64,000 nucleotides of DNA from Patescibacteria group bacterium (GTDB lineage Bacteria; Patescibacteriota; JABMPQ01; JAQVVF01). The number at the start of each line of letters is the position of its first letter. Within the stretch, counting starts at the first letter, position 1. Both the position numbers and the translations under genes were made by a program. Positions 9,730 through 18,924 of this stretch are shown in pieces. The DNA lies in contig JBAZSC010000001.1 in the NCBI GenBank assembly GCA_041662665.1, positions 257,511-321,510 of the forward strand. Reading direction: 5' to 3'. The notes beneath the pieces are model-generated. The model was not told the DNA's origin, did not search any database, and was given only the letters and a program-made list of their open reading frames with translations.

Positions 9730-11046
9730 ATGTCTCACAAAGAAAAAGTTTTAGATATCATAAAACAACTTAAAAATCTTAAATCGCAAAATCAGCCAAT
9801 CTCTTTTTCAAAAAAAACAGTTTCTCATTTTGTTCCATTGGCTCATACAAAAAAAGAAAAGCTTCCAAAGATAAATTTAAAATCTTTGGATTCTTTAATT
9901 AAAATTGATCCTCAAAAAAATATTGGAGTTGCTGAACCAGGCCTAACATTTTCGGAATTACTTAAAGAATCTTTGAAGCATAATTTAATTCCGGCAGTTG
10001 TTCCAGAATTAAAAACAATTACATTAGGTGGCGCAATTTCTGGTTGTTCAATAGAATCAATGTCTTACAGATATGGCGGTTTTCATGATAGCTGTTTAGA
10101 ATATGAAATAATTACAAGCAACGGTGAAATTGTCACTTGTTCAAAAGAAAAAAACCAAGATATTTTTGACATGATTCATGGATCTTATGGAACATTAGGA
10201 ATAATTTCAAAAATAAAGTTTAAACTTTTACCTGCAAAACCATTCGTCCATTTAACTTATAAAAAATATAATAATTTTAAAAAGTTTTGGTCTGTTTTAC
10301 AAAAATATTGCCAAGAAAAACAATATGATTTTATTGACGGCATAATTTATAACAAAAATTTATTTATTTTATGTTTAGGTAATATGGTAGATGAGGCGCC
10401 ATATACTTCAAGGTACGATTGGTTAAAAATATTTTATAAATCAGTTGTCAAAAAAGAGGAAGATTATTTCAAAATTTACGATTATTTTTACCGTTACGAT
10501 GCTGATTGCCATTGGTTATCAAAAAAAATTCCGTTAATGGAAACACTTTTTGGCAGATTGTTTTTTGGAAAATTTGTTCTAGGTTCAACAAATTTAATAA
10601 AATTATCTAAAAAATTTGGTCCAAAAATTAATAAAGGCAAAAATCCAGATGTTGTAGTTGATGTCTTTATTCCTCATAATAATTTTCCAAAATTTTACGA
10701 TTGGTATAAAACAGATTTTGATTTTTTTCCATTATGGATTGTGCCATACAAAGCTCCAAAAATTTATCCTTGGATTTCAGATGATCTAGCTAGTAAAAAT
10801 GATGATGCTTTTTTCATTGATGCTGCAATTTATGGCAAGGAAAATAATGAAAAAAATATTAATTATGCTAAAATATTAGAGGACAAAGTTTTTGAACTTA
10901 ATGGCATCAAGACTTTAATTTCACAAAATTATTATTCCAAAGACAGATTTTGGGAAATCTATAATCAAGAAAATTTTAATAAAGTTAAACAAAAAACGGA
11001 TCCAAATAATTTGTTTAATGGTCTATATTTAAAGATGGTGAAATAA
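9730..11046 (+). CDS. FAD-binding oxidoreductase (FAD_binding_4, delta24-sterol-reductase-like)
   Basis: VVPELKTITLGGAISGCSIESMS, HGSYGTLG, K...DP.N.F..LY.K. Confidence 0.8.
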   Translation: MSHKEKVLDIIKQLKNLKSQNQPISFSKKTVSHFVPLAHTKKEKLPKINLKSLDSLIKIDPQKNIGVAEPGLTFSELLKESLKHNLIPAVVPELKTITLGGAISGCSIESMSYRYGGFHDSCLEYEIITSNGEIVTCSKEKNQDIFDMIHGSYGTLGIISKIKFKLLPAKPFVHLTYKKYNNFKKFWSVLQKYCQEKQYDFIDGIIYNKNLFILCLGNMVDEAPYTSRYDWLKIFYKSVVKKEEDYFKIYDYFYRYDADCHWLSKKIPLMETLFGRLFFGKFVLGSTNLIKLSKKFGPKINKGKNPDVVVDVFIPHNNFPKFYDWYKTDFDFFPLWIVPYKAPKIYPWISDDLASKNDDAFFIDAAIYGKENNEKNINYAKILEDKVFELNGIKTLISQNYYSKDRFWEIYNQENFNKVKQKTDPNNLFNGLYLKMVK

Positions 11047-11051
11047 ATTTT

Positions 11052-11909
11052 ATGACAAATCCTGAAATAATAAAAGAACAGCCTGAAGAAACAAAAGAAT
11101 TTCATTTCGAGGATTTGGCTAAAATTGAAGTAGCTATGACATCTTTATCTTCACAGCTCAAAGAAAAAATTGATAATCAAGAATATGATACATTGATAAG
11201 TGATGAAGTTGGCGGCAGAATTCCAACTTTAGTGTTAAGAAAGATAATAAAAACAGTAAATCCTTATCAAGATCTAAAAACTTATTTTTTGGCCAGTGGA
11301 CAGCTATATTTTCCTAGGCAAGGACAAATGAACTATTATGAACTACAAAAAAAATTACAAATAATTGCTGGTAAAACAAAAAGAACATTATTAGTTACAC
11401 AGTTTGTTTTTCATGGAACAACAATTAAAAAAATGGTCACAGCTTTAAAAGATTCTGGAATTGAAAATCTAGATGTTGCTGCAGTTGAATCAACCGGTTT
11501 TGAATACCAGGATAAAATAAAAGAAGTTCTTGGTCCAAATAATCAATATGTTGTTGGCGAAGTAGGTGGCAGATCAAACCTTCATGAAAAACATGAAAGA
11601 TTTGCTGGAGTCAGAAAAACAAAGAAATATTCCACATTTCCTAAAAAAGCAAACGATGTATTTCAAGAGGAGGGGAGAGAAATTTCAGAAGAAGAATTTA
11701 ATGAAATTTTTGGCATAAAAAAAGATGACTCAGGAAAAATAATTATAGAAAAAACATCTAATACAGAGAAAATTAAAACATATGAAAGAAGAAAACATGA
11801 GCCACTTTCAGAAGAAGAAAAACAAAAAATTCAGCAAGATATTAATTTTGCCAGAGAAGATGTTGATTTGTTGGCTGGTAATATTGTAAAAAAAGTTTGG
11901 AAAAAATAA
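11052..11909 (+). CDS. Hypothetical protein, degenerate phosphoribosyltransferase-like fold
   Basis: LISDEVGGRIPTL and LLVTQFVFHGTT resemble PRTase loops; acidic N-terminal leader. Confidence 0.5.
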   Translation: MTNPEIIKEQPEETKEFHFEDLAKIEVAMTSLSSQLKEKIDNQEYDTLISDEVGGRIPTLVLRKIIKTVNPYQDLKTYFLASGQLYFPRQGQMNYYELQKKLQIIAGKTKRTLLVTQFVFHGTTIKKMVTALKDSGIENLDVAAVESTGFEYQDKIKEVLGPNNQYVVGEVGGRSNLHEKHERFAGVRKTKKYSTFPKKANDVFQEEGREISEEEFNEIFGIKKDDSGKIIIEKTSNTEKIKTYERRKHEPLSEEEKQKIQQDINFAREDVDLLAGNIVKKVWKK

Positions 11910-11975
11910 TTAAGAAATAAAAAAATCTGTCAAATAATCGGCAGATTTTTTATTTAAAATAATTTTTTTAACAAA

Positions 11976-12049
11976 CGGACTCGACCGGATTCGAACCGGC
12001 GATCTTCGCCGTGACAGGGCGACGTGTTGGGCCTCTACACCACGAGTCC
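11976..12049 (-). tRNA. tRNA-Asp(GTC)
   Basis: Reverse complement GGACTCG...CTGTCAC...GGTTCGAATCC...CGAGTCCG. Confidence 0.95.
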
Positions 12050-12060
12050 ATGTTTTATAA

Positions 12061-12134
12061 TAGCAGGGGACGGATTCGAACCGTCGACCGCCACTTTATG
12101 AGTGTGGTGCTCTAACCAACTGAGCTACCCTGCC
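12061..12134 (-). tRNA. tRNA-Met(CAT), probably elongator (Ile2 not excluded)
   Basis: Reverse complement GGCAGGGTAGCTCAGTTGGTTAGAGC...CTCATAA...GGTTCGAATCC. Confidence 0.88.
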
Positions 12135-12222
12135 CAAAAAAATAACAAAATTATAAATTAAAAATAACAAAATTTAGAATCGTAAATTTTTCATTTATAA
12201 TTTAGTTATTTCTAATTCAATA

Positions 12223-12296
12223 TTGCGGGGGGCGGATTTGAACCGCCGACCTTCAGGTTATGAGCCTGACGAGCTTCCAAGCTGCTCTACCCCGCG
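12223..12296 (-). tRNA. Initiator tRNA-fMet(CAT)
   Basis: Reverse complement CGCGGGGTAGAGCAG..., C1:A72 mismatch, CTCATAA loop. Confidence 0.93.
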
Positions 12297-12300
12297 CCGT

Positions 12301-12358
12301 GTCCGCCGATTTATCTGCCGAAGCTTTAGCATAGGCAGAAGCTTTAGCGAAGGCGGAA
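12301..12358. repeat. Nested CCGCCGAAGCTTTAGCGAAGGCGG-family palindrome
   Basis: tccgccga[tctgccgaagctttagcataggcaga]agctttagcgaaggcgga just upstream of tRNA-fMet. Confidence 0.8.
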
Positions 12359-12405
12359 TACATATATTATATATTAAACAAATAAAAAAGCAAGTTAAGT
12401 ACTTG

Positions 12406-14007
12406 CTATAGGTGCGATCGCTTGATCATGGCGTATCTCTCCATTGCTTCAACCAAGATAACAGGCAACAACTCCAGATGATCCATCCAAATGTATTCAG
12501 AAGTTCCATGAATATTCTGTGCTCCATTCCACATGTTTGGTCCAGGCAAATCTGGCAAATCCATATTCGCTATGCCAACATCTGTACCACCTCGAGCATC
12601 AAATTCTTTCATGATCATATCAAACATTGCCATCGCTTCACGCAATGGCTCCAGTACCCAAGGATGAGCCTGAATTGCATACTTGATATTTCGGTAATAC
12701 TTTTTCTTGTTAGTCAAAACTTCCAAAAGTCCAGAAAAATGATCATTTGTTTTCAGATCATCTGCCAGTTTACAGAGCAGTGCTACTAGCTGTTCAGCTT
12801 CCTCTTCATCAAATGTCCTTGGAATAGAATTCACCACAACCTTTTCCGGATTTTCCATCTTCACGCTATCAACCCAGCAAAATGACTGCTTATCCTTGCT
12901 CCTCCATGGCGGTACTGTATTATGGTGAACTGCCGACACGTAATAACACGCAGCAAGCAAAGCAGGCCAGACTTGAAATTCTTTCTCGCCAGAATATTCC
13001 GAAATAATATATTCAAGACCAACATTCAAAGCATCAGCTTCTCGCGTAAAGCTCTTCAACAAATTAACACTAATGCATGCTTTGTCAAAGAAAATATCAA
13101 CTTCAGATTTCACAGTTGACAAACTCTTGATCTGAATATAGAAACCAAGCTTTTTTGTGTCCAATACTTTTCTGACAAAATGCGACGCTGCATACTTGGC
13201 ATCAGCCAGATTACCGCCATCTAGTCCAGGATGAGCGCTTCTTCCAGTAAAGACCAAAGACATCTTTGTATTAACTCTGTCTTTGCTAACTTTAATGCCT
13301 TTGCTTTCAAAAGTTGCTGTTACCTTATTGCCGATGAAACAACCAACATCAACGATCGGTGGTTTTCCGCCATCAACTGTCAACAAAACATCGCGGTGGC
13401 GATCGGGCAACATGTTCGCATTGAATATGCCTTGCTCTTCATCAGGAAAGAAAAGAAGCTCAATTGGTCCATGCGGATGCTCTTCTTCATCGCTCAACAA
13501 TCTGGCAACTGCTTCCATAATTCCAGCCAATCCAGCTTTACAGTCAGCACCAAGCAAAGAGTCTCCACTACTTGTGATGATTCGCTGACCAAAACGATGC
13601 TCTCGATTCTTGCCATCGTCAAACAATACAACCTTTTTGCCTGTCTCTGGATCTGCGAGTGGGAGCTCAATTGGCTTGCCATCAAATCGATGAATCAACG
13701 GCTTGACATCTCCAGAAGCATCTGGAGCAGTATCAAAGTGTGCTGACAAAGTTACAACAACAGCAGCATTAAAACCAGGTGTTGCTGGAATCAAACAATC
13801 CAAAATACAAGTATCACTCAAATGCGGCTTCAGACCCATTGCTTCCAATTCAGATTTGACGAGTCTTGCCAATGTCCATTGTCCTTCGCTTGATGGTGAA
13901 GTTTCTGATTCGCAAGATTGAGTATTAATTCGAACACAGTCCAAAAAACGATTTACAACCGGTGACCACATTCCAAACATCGGATCTCTTTCGTCAACTT
14001 CGATCAT
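12406..14007 (-). CDS. Peptidase T-like M20 metallopeptidase, enlarged (SD-led cassette)
   Basis: AHFDTAPD, LLGADCKAG, PDEEQG, TVDGG, RGGTD, NIHGTSEY; GAGGAGG SD; TTGACG-17-TATTCT promoter with -35 at 14092-14097. Confidence 0.85.
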   Translation of the reverse strand: MIEVDERDPMFGMWSPVVNRFLDCVRINTQSCESETSPSSEGQWTLARLVKSELEAMGLKPHLSDTCILDCLIPATPGFNAAVVVTLSAHFDTAPDASGDVKPLIHRFDGKPIELPLADPETGKKVVLFDDGKNREHRFGQRIITSSGDSLLGADCKAGLAGIMEAVARLLSDEEEHPHGPIELLFFPDEEQGIFNANMLPDRHRDVLLTVDGGKPPIVDVGCFIGNKVTATFESKGIKVSKDRVNTKMSLVFTGRSAHPGLDGGNLADAKYAASHFVRKVLDTKKLGFYIQIKSLSTVKSEVDIFFDKACISVNLLKSFTREADALNVGLEYIISEYSGEKEFQVWPALLAACYYVSAVHHNTVPPWRSKDKQSFCWVDSVKMENPEKVVVNSIPRTFDEEEAEQLVALLCKLADDLKTNDHFSGLLEVLTNKKKYYRNIKYAIQAHPWVLEPLREAMAMFDMIMKEFDARGGTDVGIANMDLPDLPGPNMWNGAQNIHGTSEYIWMDHLELLPVILVEAMERYAMIKRSHL

Positions 14008-14098
14008 CTCTCTTCCTCCTCTCTCGTTGTGACAAAGAACAACGCTCCTACCTTAGGAGCGTTATATCAGAATATAATTAAATTATAATTTCGTCAAC

Positions 14099-14209
14099 TT
14101 ATTTCGGTCCCAAAAAATATTTCAGCAATGGCAAAAAAGCATAAAAAATAAATGCTATAATTGCGACCATAATTAAATAAACTCTTAAAATTTTTGCTTC
14201 TTCTAACAT
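14099..14209 (-). CDS. Putative 36-aa single-pass membrane peptide
   Basis: MLEEAKILRVYLIMVAIIAFIFYAFLPLLKYFLGPK; start overlaps the stop of the upstream small ORF. Confidence 0.45.
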   Translation of the reverse strand: MLEEAKILRVYLIMVAIIAFIFYAFLPLLKYFLGPK

Positions 14210-14301
14210 TTGACCCAAAGACTAATTACATAAATCAACGTAAACAACAAAATAATTGTTGAACAGGCAAAAGTTAATAATAATTTTTCAGTAATGTCCA
14301 T
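14203..14301 (-). CDS. Putative 32-aa single-pass membrane peptide
   Basis: MDITEKLLLTFACSTIILLFTLIYVISLWVKC. Confidence 0.4.
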   Translation of the reverse strand: MDITEKLLLTFACSTIILLFTLIYVISLWVKC

Positions 14302-14413
14302 AACTTTAGTGATTAGTAAATAAGTAATCAGTAACTAGTAGATATCTATATTATAAATAATATTTAAAAAGATGGCAACCTTTTAAAGATAGTTAATATT
14401 TGTTAAAATAAAC

Positions 14414-14477
14414 GAGTAGCAAGTAGAAAGCAGTATGTAGCTGGCAACTTTCTACTTTCTACATTCTACTCGCTACT
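14414..14477. repeat. Inverted 7-mer array (AGTAGAA/TTCTACT)
   Basis: gagtagcaagtagaaag ... ctttctactttctacattctactcgctact. Confidence 0.75.
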
Positions 14478-14490
14478 AATAACAAAAATC

Positions 14491-15735
14491 ATGTTAACAT
14501 TTTTAATCATTCTTACTTCCATCCTAACCTTAATTTGCTCAGGCCTTGCTTATTATCTTATTAAGATTAATAAAAAGCTAGCGGAGCCAGAAAGCAATGA
14601 AAATGACAAAATCTTGCATGAGCGAATTGATAATTTAAATCAATATGTTTCTCAAAATTTAAATCAAACTAACAAATCAATTTCCGAAAATTTAAATCAA
14701 GTCACAAAAACAATGCTTGCTCAAATTAGTTCTCAAACTAGTCAGCTAAATGCCAGGTTAAATGATCAGACAGGTCAGCTTAATGAAAGATTAAAAGAAA
14801 ATAGCGAGCTAATCCAAAAATCTCAAGGCAATGTTGGCTCGCGTCTTGATAATGCTGCCAAAGTTGTAAGTTCTGTTCAATCAAAATTAGCCCAAATGGA
14901 AGAATCCAACAAAAAGATTTTTGAAGTTGGCAAAGATATTAGGGGATTGCAAGAAATTTTGAAAGCTCCAAAATTAAGAGGCTCTTTGGGAGAATTATTT
15001 TTGGGCGATTTATTATCTCAGACTTTTTCTAAAAATCATTATCAAGAACAATACATGTTTAAATCTGGTGAAAAAGTTGATGCTGTTATCAAATTAAAAG
15101 ATAATATGCTTGTTCCAATTGATGCTAAATTTCCTTTAGAAAATTTTCACAAAATGATTAATTTAGCCAAGAATGATCAAGAGAGAAAACAATATAAAAA
15201 AATGTTTAAAGATGATGTCAAAAAACATATTACTGCAATTTCCAAAAAATATATTTTACCTGATGAAGGCACAATTGATTATGCTTTGATGTATATTCCA
15301 GCAGAAAATGTTTATTATGAAACAATAATCAGAGACGAAGATGAAAATAATTTAGTTAATTTTGCTTATACGAAAAAAGTTTTTCCAGTCTCACCAAATT
15401 CATTATATATTTATGTCCAAGCAATTTTGCTTGGCTTAAAAGGCATGCAAATTGAAGAAGGAGCTAAAGAAATTTTGCATAATTTAAAAAGACTGCAAGG
15501 CGATTTTTCAAGATTTGGCGAGGAATTCAAAGTCTTAGGCAGTCACTTAAATAATGCAACAAAAAAATATAATGAAAGTGATAAAAGATTAGGCAAGTTT
15601 AATGATAAATTAGCTGAGATAAATTATGATGTTACAAACAAACCAGAAAAATTAGTTGAAACAAAAGCTTTGCCAATCAAACCAGAAGTTGCAGTACCTG
15701 TCAGTACACAAGAAAGTATAAATTTATATAATTAA
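14491..15735 (+). CDS. rmuC: DNA recombination protein RmuC
   Basis: N-terminal TM plus coiled coil; RGSLGE, IDAKFP, KYI, MYIPAENVY, VSPNS. Confidence 0.93.
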   Translation: MLTFLIILTSILTLICSGLAYYLIKINKKLAEPESNENDKILHERIDNLNQYVSQNLNQTNKSISENLNQVTKTMLAQISSQTSQLNARLNDQTGQLNERLKENSELIQKSQGNVGSRLDNAAKVVSSVQSKLAQMEESNKKIFEVGKDIRGLQEILKAPKLRGSLGELFLGDLLSQTFSKNHYQEQYMFKSGEKVDAVIKLKDNMLVPIDAKFPLENFHKMINLAKNDQERKQYKKMFKDDVKKHITAISKKYILPDEGTIDYALMYIPAENVYYETIIRDEDENNLVNFAYTKKVFPVSPNSLYIYVQAILLGLKGMQIEEGAKEILHNLKRLQGDFSRFGEEFKVLGSHLNNATKKYNESDKRLGKFNDKLAEINYDVTNKPEKLVETKALPIKPEVAVPVSTQESINLYN

Positions 15736-15736
15736 A

Positions 15737-16384
15737 ATGATCACTGCAATAATTTTTGACATGAATGGGGTAATAATAAATGATGAAGCCATTCATGAAT
15801 TAGCTTTTAAAGAAGTTTGTAAAAAATACAATATTATTTTAACGTCTCAAGGCTACAAGGATTTATGCATGGGCAAAACTGATGAGCAAGGTTTTATTGA
15901 AATAATTAAAAAATACAAATTAGATAATGTTAAAATAAGTAATTTAGTTGAACAAAAATCAACAAAATATTTAGAATTAATTCCAAAAAATATCAAAAGT
16001 TATCCAGGAGTTATTGATCTAATAAAAAAACTTCATAAAAAATTTATTTTAGCTTTAGCATCTAGTTCTAGTCGCCAAGAAATTGAAATGGTTTTGAATT
16101 ATTTTAAAATTAAAAAATTATTTAAAATAATTATTAGCGCTGATGATATTTCAAAAAGCAAGCCAGACCCAGAACCTTATCTTTTAACTACCAAAAAAAT
16201 TAACCAAAAACCAGAAAATTGTTTAGTTATTGAAGATTCAAAAAGTGGAATAATGTCAGCAAAAAGAGCTGGTATGAAATGTATTGCCATAACAACAACA
16301 CATAATGAAAAAGAATTAGTCGGTGCTGATGTTATCATAAATAAATTTTCAGAAATTACCGAAAAAATGATTCAAAATGTTTAA
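15737..16384 (+). CDS. HAD family phosphatase (beta-PGM/CbbY-like)
   Basis: FDMNGVI (second Asp replaced by Asn), KPDPEPY, IEDS..G. Confidence 0.88.
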   Translation: MITAIIFDMNGVIINDEAIHELAFKEVCKKYNIILTSQGYKDLCMGKTDEQGFIEIIKKYKLDNVKISNLVEQKSTKYLELIPKNIKSYPGVIDLIKKLHKKFILALASSSSRQEIEMVLNYFKIKKLFKIIISADDISKSKPDPEPYLLTTKKINQKPENCLVIEDSKSGIMSAKRAGMKCIAITTTHNEKELVGADVIINKFSEITEKMIQNV

Positions 16385-16394
16385 AAAATAGCAA

Positions 16395-16491
16395 TTTCTA
16401 CCCAGCTTTAGCTGAGGGGTGTTGGAGCTTTAGCTCCAGCGAACGAATAGGGCTAAAGCCCTGCGACCCCTTGGCTAAAGCCAGGTAGAAA
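16395..16491. repeat. GTAG-ended multi-hairpin REP/REPIN-like element
   Basis: tttctacc...ggtagaaa terminal inverted repeats with internal gctttagc/gctaaagc hairpins; homologous to 49926-50034. Confidence 0.8.
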
Positions 16492-16505
16492 ATAAATAAA
16501 ATCTT

Positions 16506-17324
16506 ATGCCCGAAAAACCACAAATAGAATTACAAGATATTCAACAAAATCCTGAACAAAAATCTGAAACAGGTTTAGAAATTGTAAAAACTCCAGAATC
16601 AGAACAATTTGTTGAACATGTCAATGAAATTCATGAAGCAGTACAACGTGATAGGAAAGTTACATATGGCCAAGTTGCAGATTTAAGAAAAGATTTAGAA
16701 GGATTTAAATTAGATGTTTGTGGCGAGCAAATGACTTTGGCAGAAATCAGAGAAATTCCAGATTTCGGATATAATTATGAAATTTGGAAATCTATAATGG
16801 AAGGAAATATTTTTTTACATAACCAAGTTACTGGTCTTATTCCTAACGTAACTCGAAAGTTAGTTGATGAAAATAATAAAAAAAACGAAAAGATCAGTAA
16901 TCAGGATGATTGGAAAGCTTTATATTTTGATTCTTTAAAAAAAATTTCACCTAAGATAGCAAAGGAATTTAGAAGTCTTAAGTCAGGAATCTATTTGAGT
17001 ACATTTACAGAACTTTCCGATGAAGTTATATTCGAGTTGTCCCATTCAGCTAGTTTATTTATTTCTTTAAGTCATCTAGTATCATTATCTGATCAGCAAG
17101 CAGAATATTTGTCTCAATTTCAAGGTAGGCTCAATTTAAACGGTGTCAATTCTTTATCGGACAATGCTGCGCGATTTATCGGGCAACGTGGTTCTTATAC
17201 TTGGTTAGATAGTCTAGTCCATATCTCTGATAATGGATTGAAATTTTTAGGTAAAGGGAGAATCGATCTATCTCCAGAGTTGGGAAAAAGATTAAAGAAA
17301 TTAAAAGCTGAACAAAATGCTTAA
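16506..17324 (+). CDS. LRR-like repeat protein with conserved N-terminal leader, paralog 1
   Basis: GLEIVKTPES...NEIHEA...TYGQVADLRKDLE leader; L.L..L.SLSD..A..L repeats. Confidence 0.75.
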   Translation: MPEKPQIELQDIQQNPEQKSETGLEIVKTPESEQFVEHVNEIHEAVQRDRKVTYGQVADLRKDLEGFKLDVCGEQMTLAEIREIPDFGYNYEIWKSIMEGNIFLHNQVTGLIPNVTRKLVDENNKKNEKISNQDDWKALYFDSLKKISPKIAKEFRSLKSGIYLSTFTELSDEVIFELSHSASLFISLSHLVSLSDQQAEYLSQFQGRLNLNGVNSLSDNAARFIGQRGSYTWLDSLVHISDNGLKFLGKGRIDLSPELGKRLKKLKAEQNA

Positions 17325-17375
17325 AGATTTTAACTTACAATAACGCCAAGCCGTCATAAAAAATAAATTAAAATT

Positions 17376-18239
17376 ATGTCCGAAAAACCACCAATAGAAT
17401 TAAAAGATATCGCCCAAGAATCAGAACCAAAATCTGAAACAGGTTTAGAAATTGTTGAAACTCCAGCATCAAAACAATTTGTTGAACATGCCAATGAAAT
17501 TCATGAAGCAATAGAACATGATAAAAAAATTACATATGGCCAAGTTGCAGATTTAAGAAAAGATTTAGAGCAATTTAAATTTGATGTATGTGGTGAGCAA
17601 ATGACTATTGCAGAAATAAAACAAATACCAGATTTTCAACATAATTATGAAATTTGGAAAAAAATAATGTCTGGAGAATTAATTAGTCGATGGAGCCAAA
17701 ATGAAGAAGATCTTACTTATCTTTTGCCAAAGGTGGCACAAGTTCTAGTTGAAGAATATAATAAAAAAAATGAAGAAACTTTCAAAATACATGATTATGG
17801 CGTTGAAGATCTTATGGACTTAAAGCTAAGCAACATCAAAAGAATCACTCCTGATACAATAAAAAATTTTAAAGATTTTAAAGCTAATATTTTTTTAGAT
17901 GGTTTGACCGAAATATCTGACGAATCAATGCTCGAATTATCAAAATCTTCAAGTTACCTTATTTCATTATCAAGCTTAACGTCTTTATCGGACAAACAAG
18001 CAGAATATTTATCTCAATTCAATGGCGGTAGATTATACTTAAATAGTATAAAATCACTTTCAGATTATGCTGCAAATAAATTTGCGCACAGCAAAGTTAC
18101 GTACGTATTATTAAGAGGTGTAGAAACTATTTCCGATTCTGCTCTTTTGCAGTTAGAAGGAACAAAAGTTGTTCTATCTGATACACAAAAAGAAAGGCTA
18201 AAAAGTTTAAAAGCCAAACAAAATGCTTCAAGATCTTAA
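17376..18239 (+). CDS. LRR-like repeat protein with conserved N-terminal leader, paralog 2
   Basis: Same leader; LSSLTSLSDKQAEYL and LYLNSIKSLSDYAA repeats. Confidence 0.75.
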   Translation: MSEKPPIELKDIAQESEPKSETGLEIVETPASKQFVEHANEIHEAIEHDKKITYGQVADLRKDLEQFKFDVCGEQMTIAEIKQIPDFQHNYEIWKKIMSGELISRWSQNEEDLTYLLPKVAQVLVEEYNKKNEETFKIHDYGVEDLMDLKLSNIKRITPDTIKNFKDFKANIFLDGLTEISDESMLELSKSSSYLISLSSLTSLSDKQAEYLSQFNGGRLYLNSIKSLSDYAANKFAHSKVTYVLLRGVETISDSALLQLEGTKVVLSDTQKERLKSLKAKQNASRS

Positions 18240-18282
18240 TCTAGAACAAACGCCAAGCCGTCATAAAAAATAAATTAAAACT

Positions 18283-18921
18283 ATGCCAGAACAACCATCG
18301 CAAGTAGAATTAAAAGATATTCAACAAACGAAAGAAACAGAATCTGAAACAGGTTTAGAAATTGTTAAAACTCCTGAATCAGAACAATTTGTTGAACATG
18401 CCAATGAAATTCATGAAGCAATGCAAGCTGATGGGAAAATAACTGCTGGCCAAGTTGCAGATTTAAGAAAAGATTTAGAAGGATTAAAATATGATTTTTA
18501 CGGAGAACAATTATCAATTGCCGAAATCAGGCAAATCCCAGATCTTCAACATAATTTAAAAATTTGGCAAGAAATTTCTAATGGAAAATTTCGTAATTAT
18601 AAGGAATTAACTTATTTAACTCCAGAAATTGCTCAGAAAATTGTTTATCCCGCCTCAATCAAAAGAGTCGGTCACGCACCTATTCCACTTATCGATTTTC
18701 CACCCAGAGATTTATATTTAAACAACTTAAAAACATTATCTGTCGAATCGGCAAGGATATTGTTGAGGAGATTGTCAACAGGTGATCGAATACTTTCTCT
18801 TCAAGGTTTAGTAGATTTCCCTGAAGAAGAATTAGGATTATTAGATGATCCAAATATTCATTTGTCCCGAGAGCTTACATTAAAGTTGATTGAAAAAAAA
18901 GAAGAGATGGGTTTAATTTAA
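18283..18921 (+). CDS. LRR-like repeat protein with conserved N-terminal leader, paralog 3
   Basis: Same leader; LYLNNLKTLSVESA repeat. Confidence 0.75.
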   Translation: MPEQPSQVELKDIQQTKETESETGLEIVKTPESEQFVEHANEIHEAMQADGKITAGQVADLRKDLEGLKYDFYGEQLSIAEIRQIPDLQHNLKIWQEISNGKFRNYKELTYLTPEIAQKIVYPASIKRVGHAPIPLIDFPPRDLYLNNLKTLSVESARILLRRLSTGDRILSLQGLVDFPEEELGLLDDPNIHLSRELTLKLIEKKEEMGLI

Positions 18922-18924
18922 AAT

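Noticed and set aside
12223-12411. 62-aa ORF on the + strand
   Set aside because: It is the antisense of tRNA-fMet plus a palindrome.
12412-13921. Multiple + strand ORFs within the peptidase gene (and similar ones in 28241-29645)
   Set aside because: Antisense shadows expected in locally higher-GC genes; no motifs or start signals.
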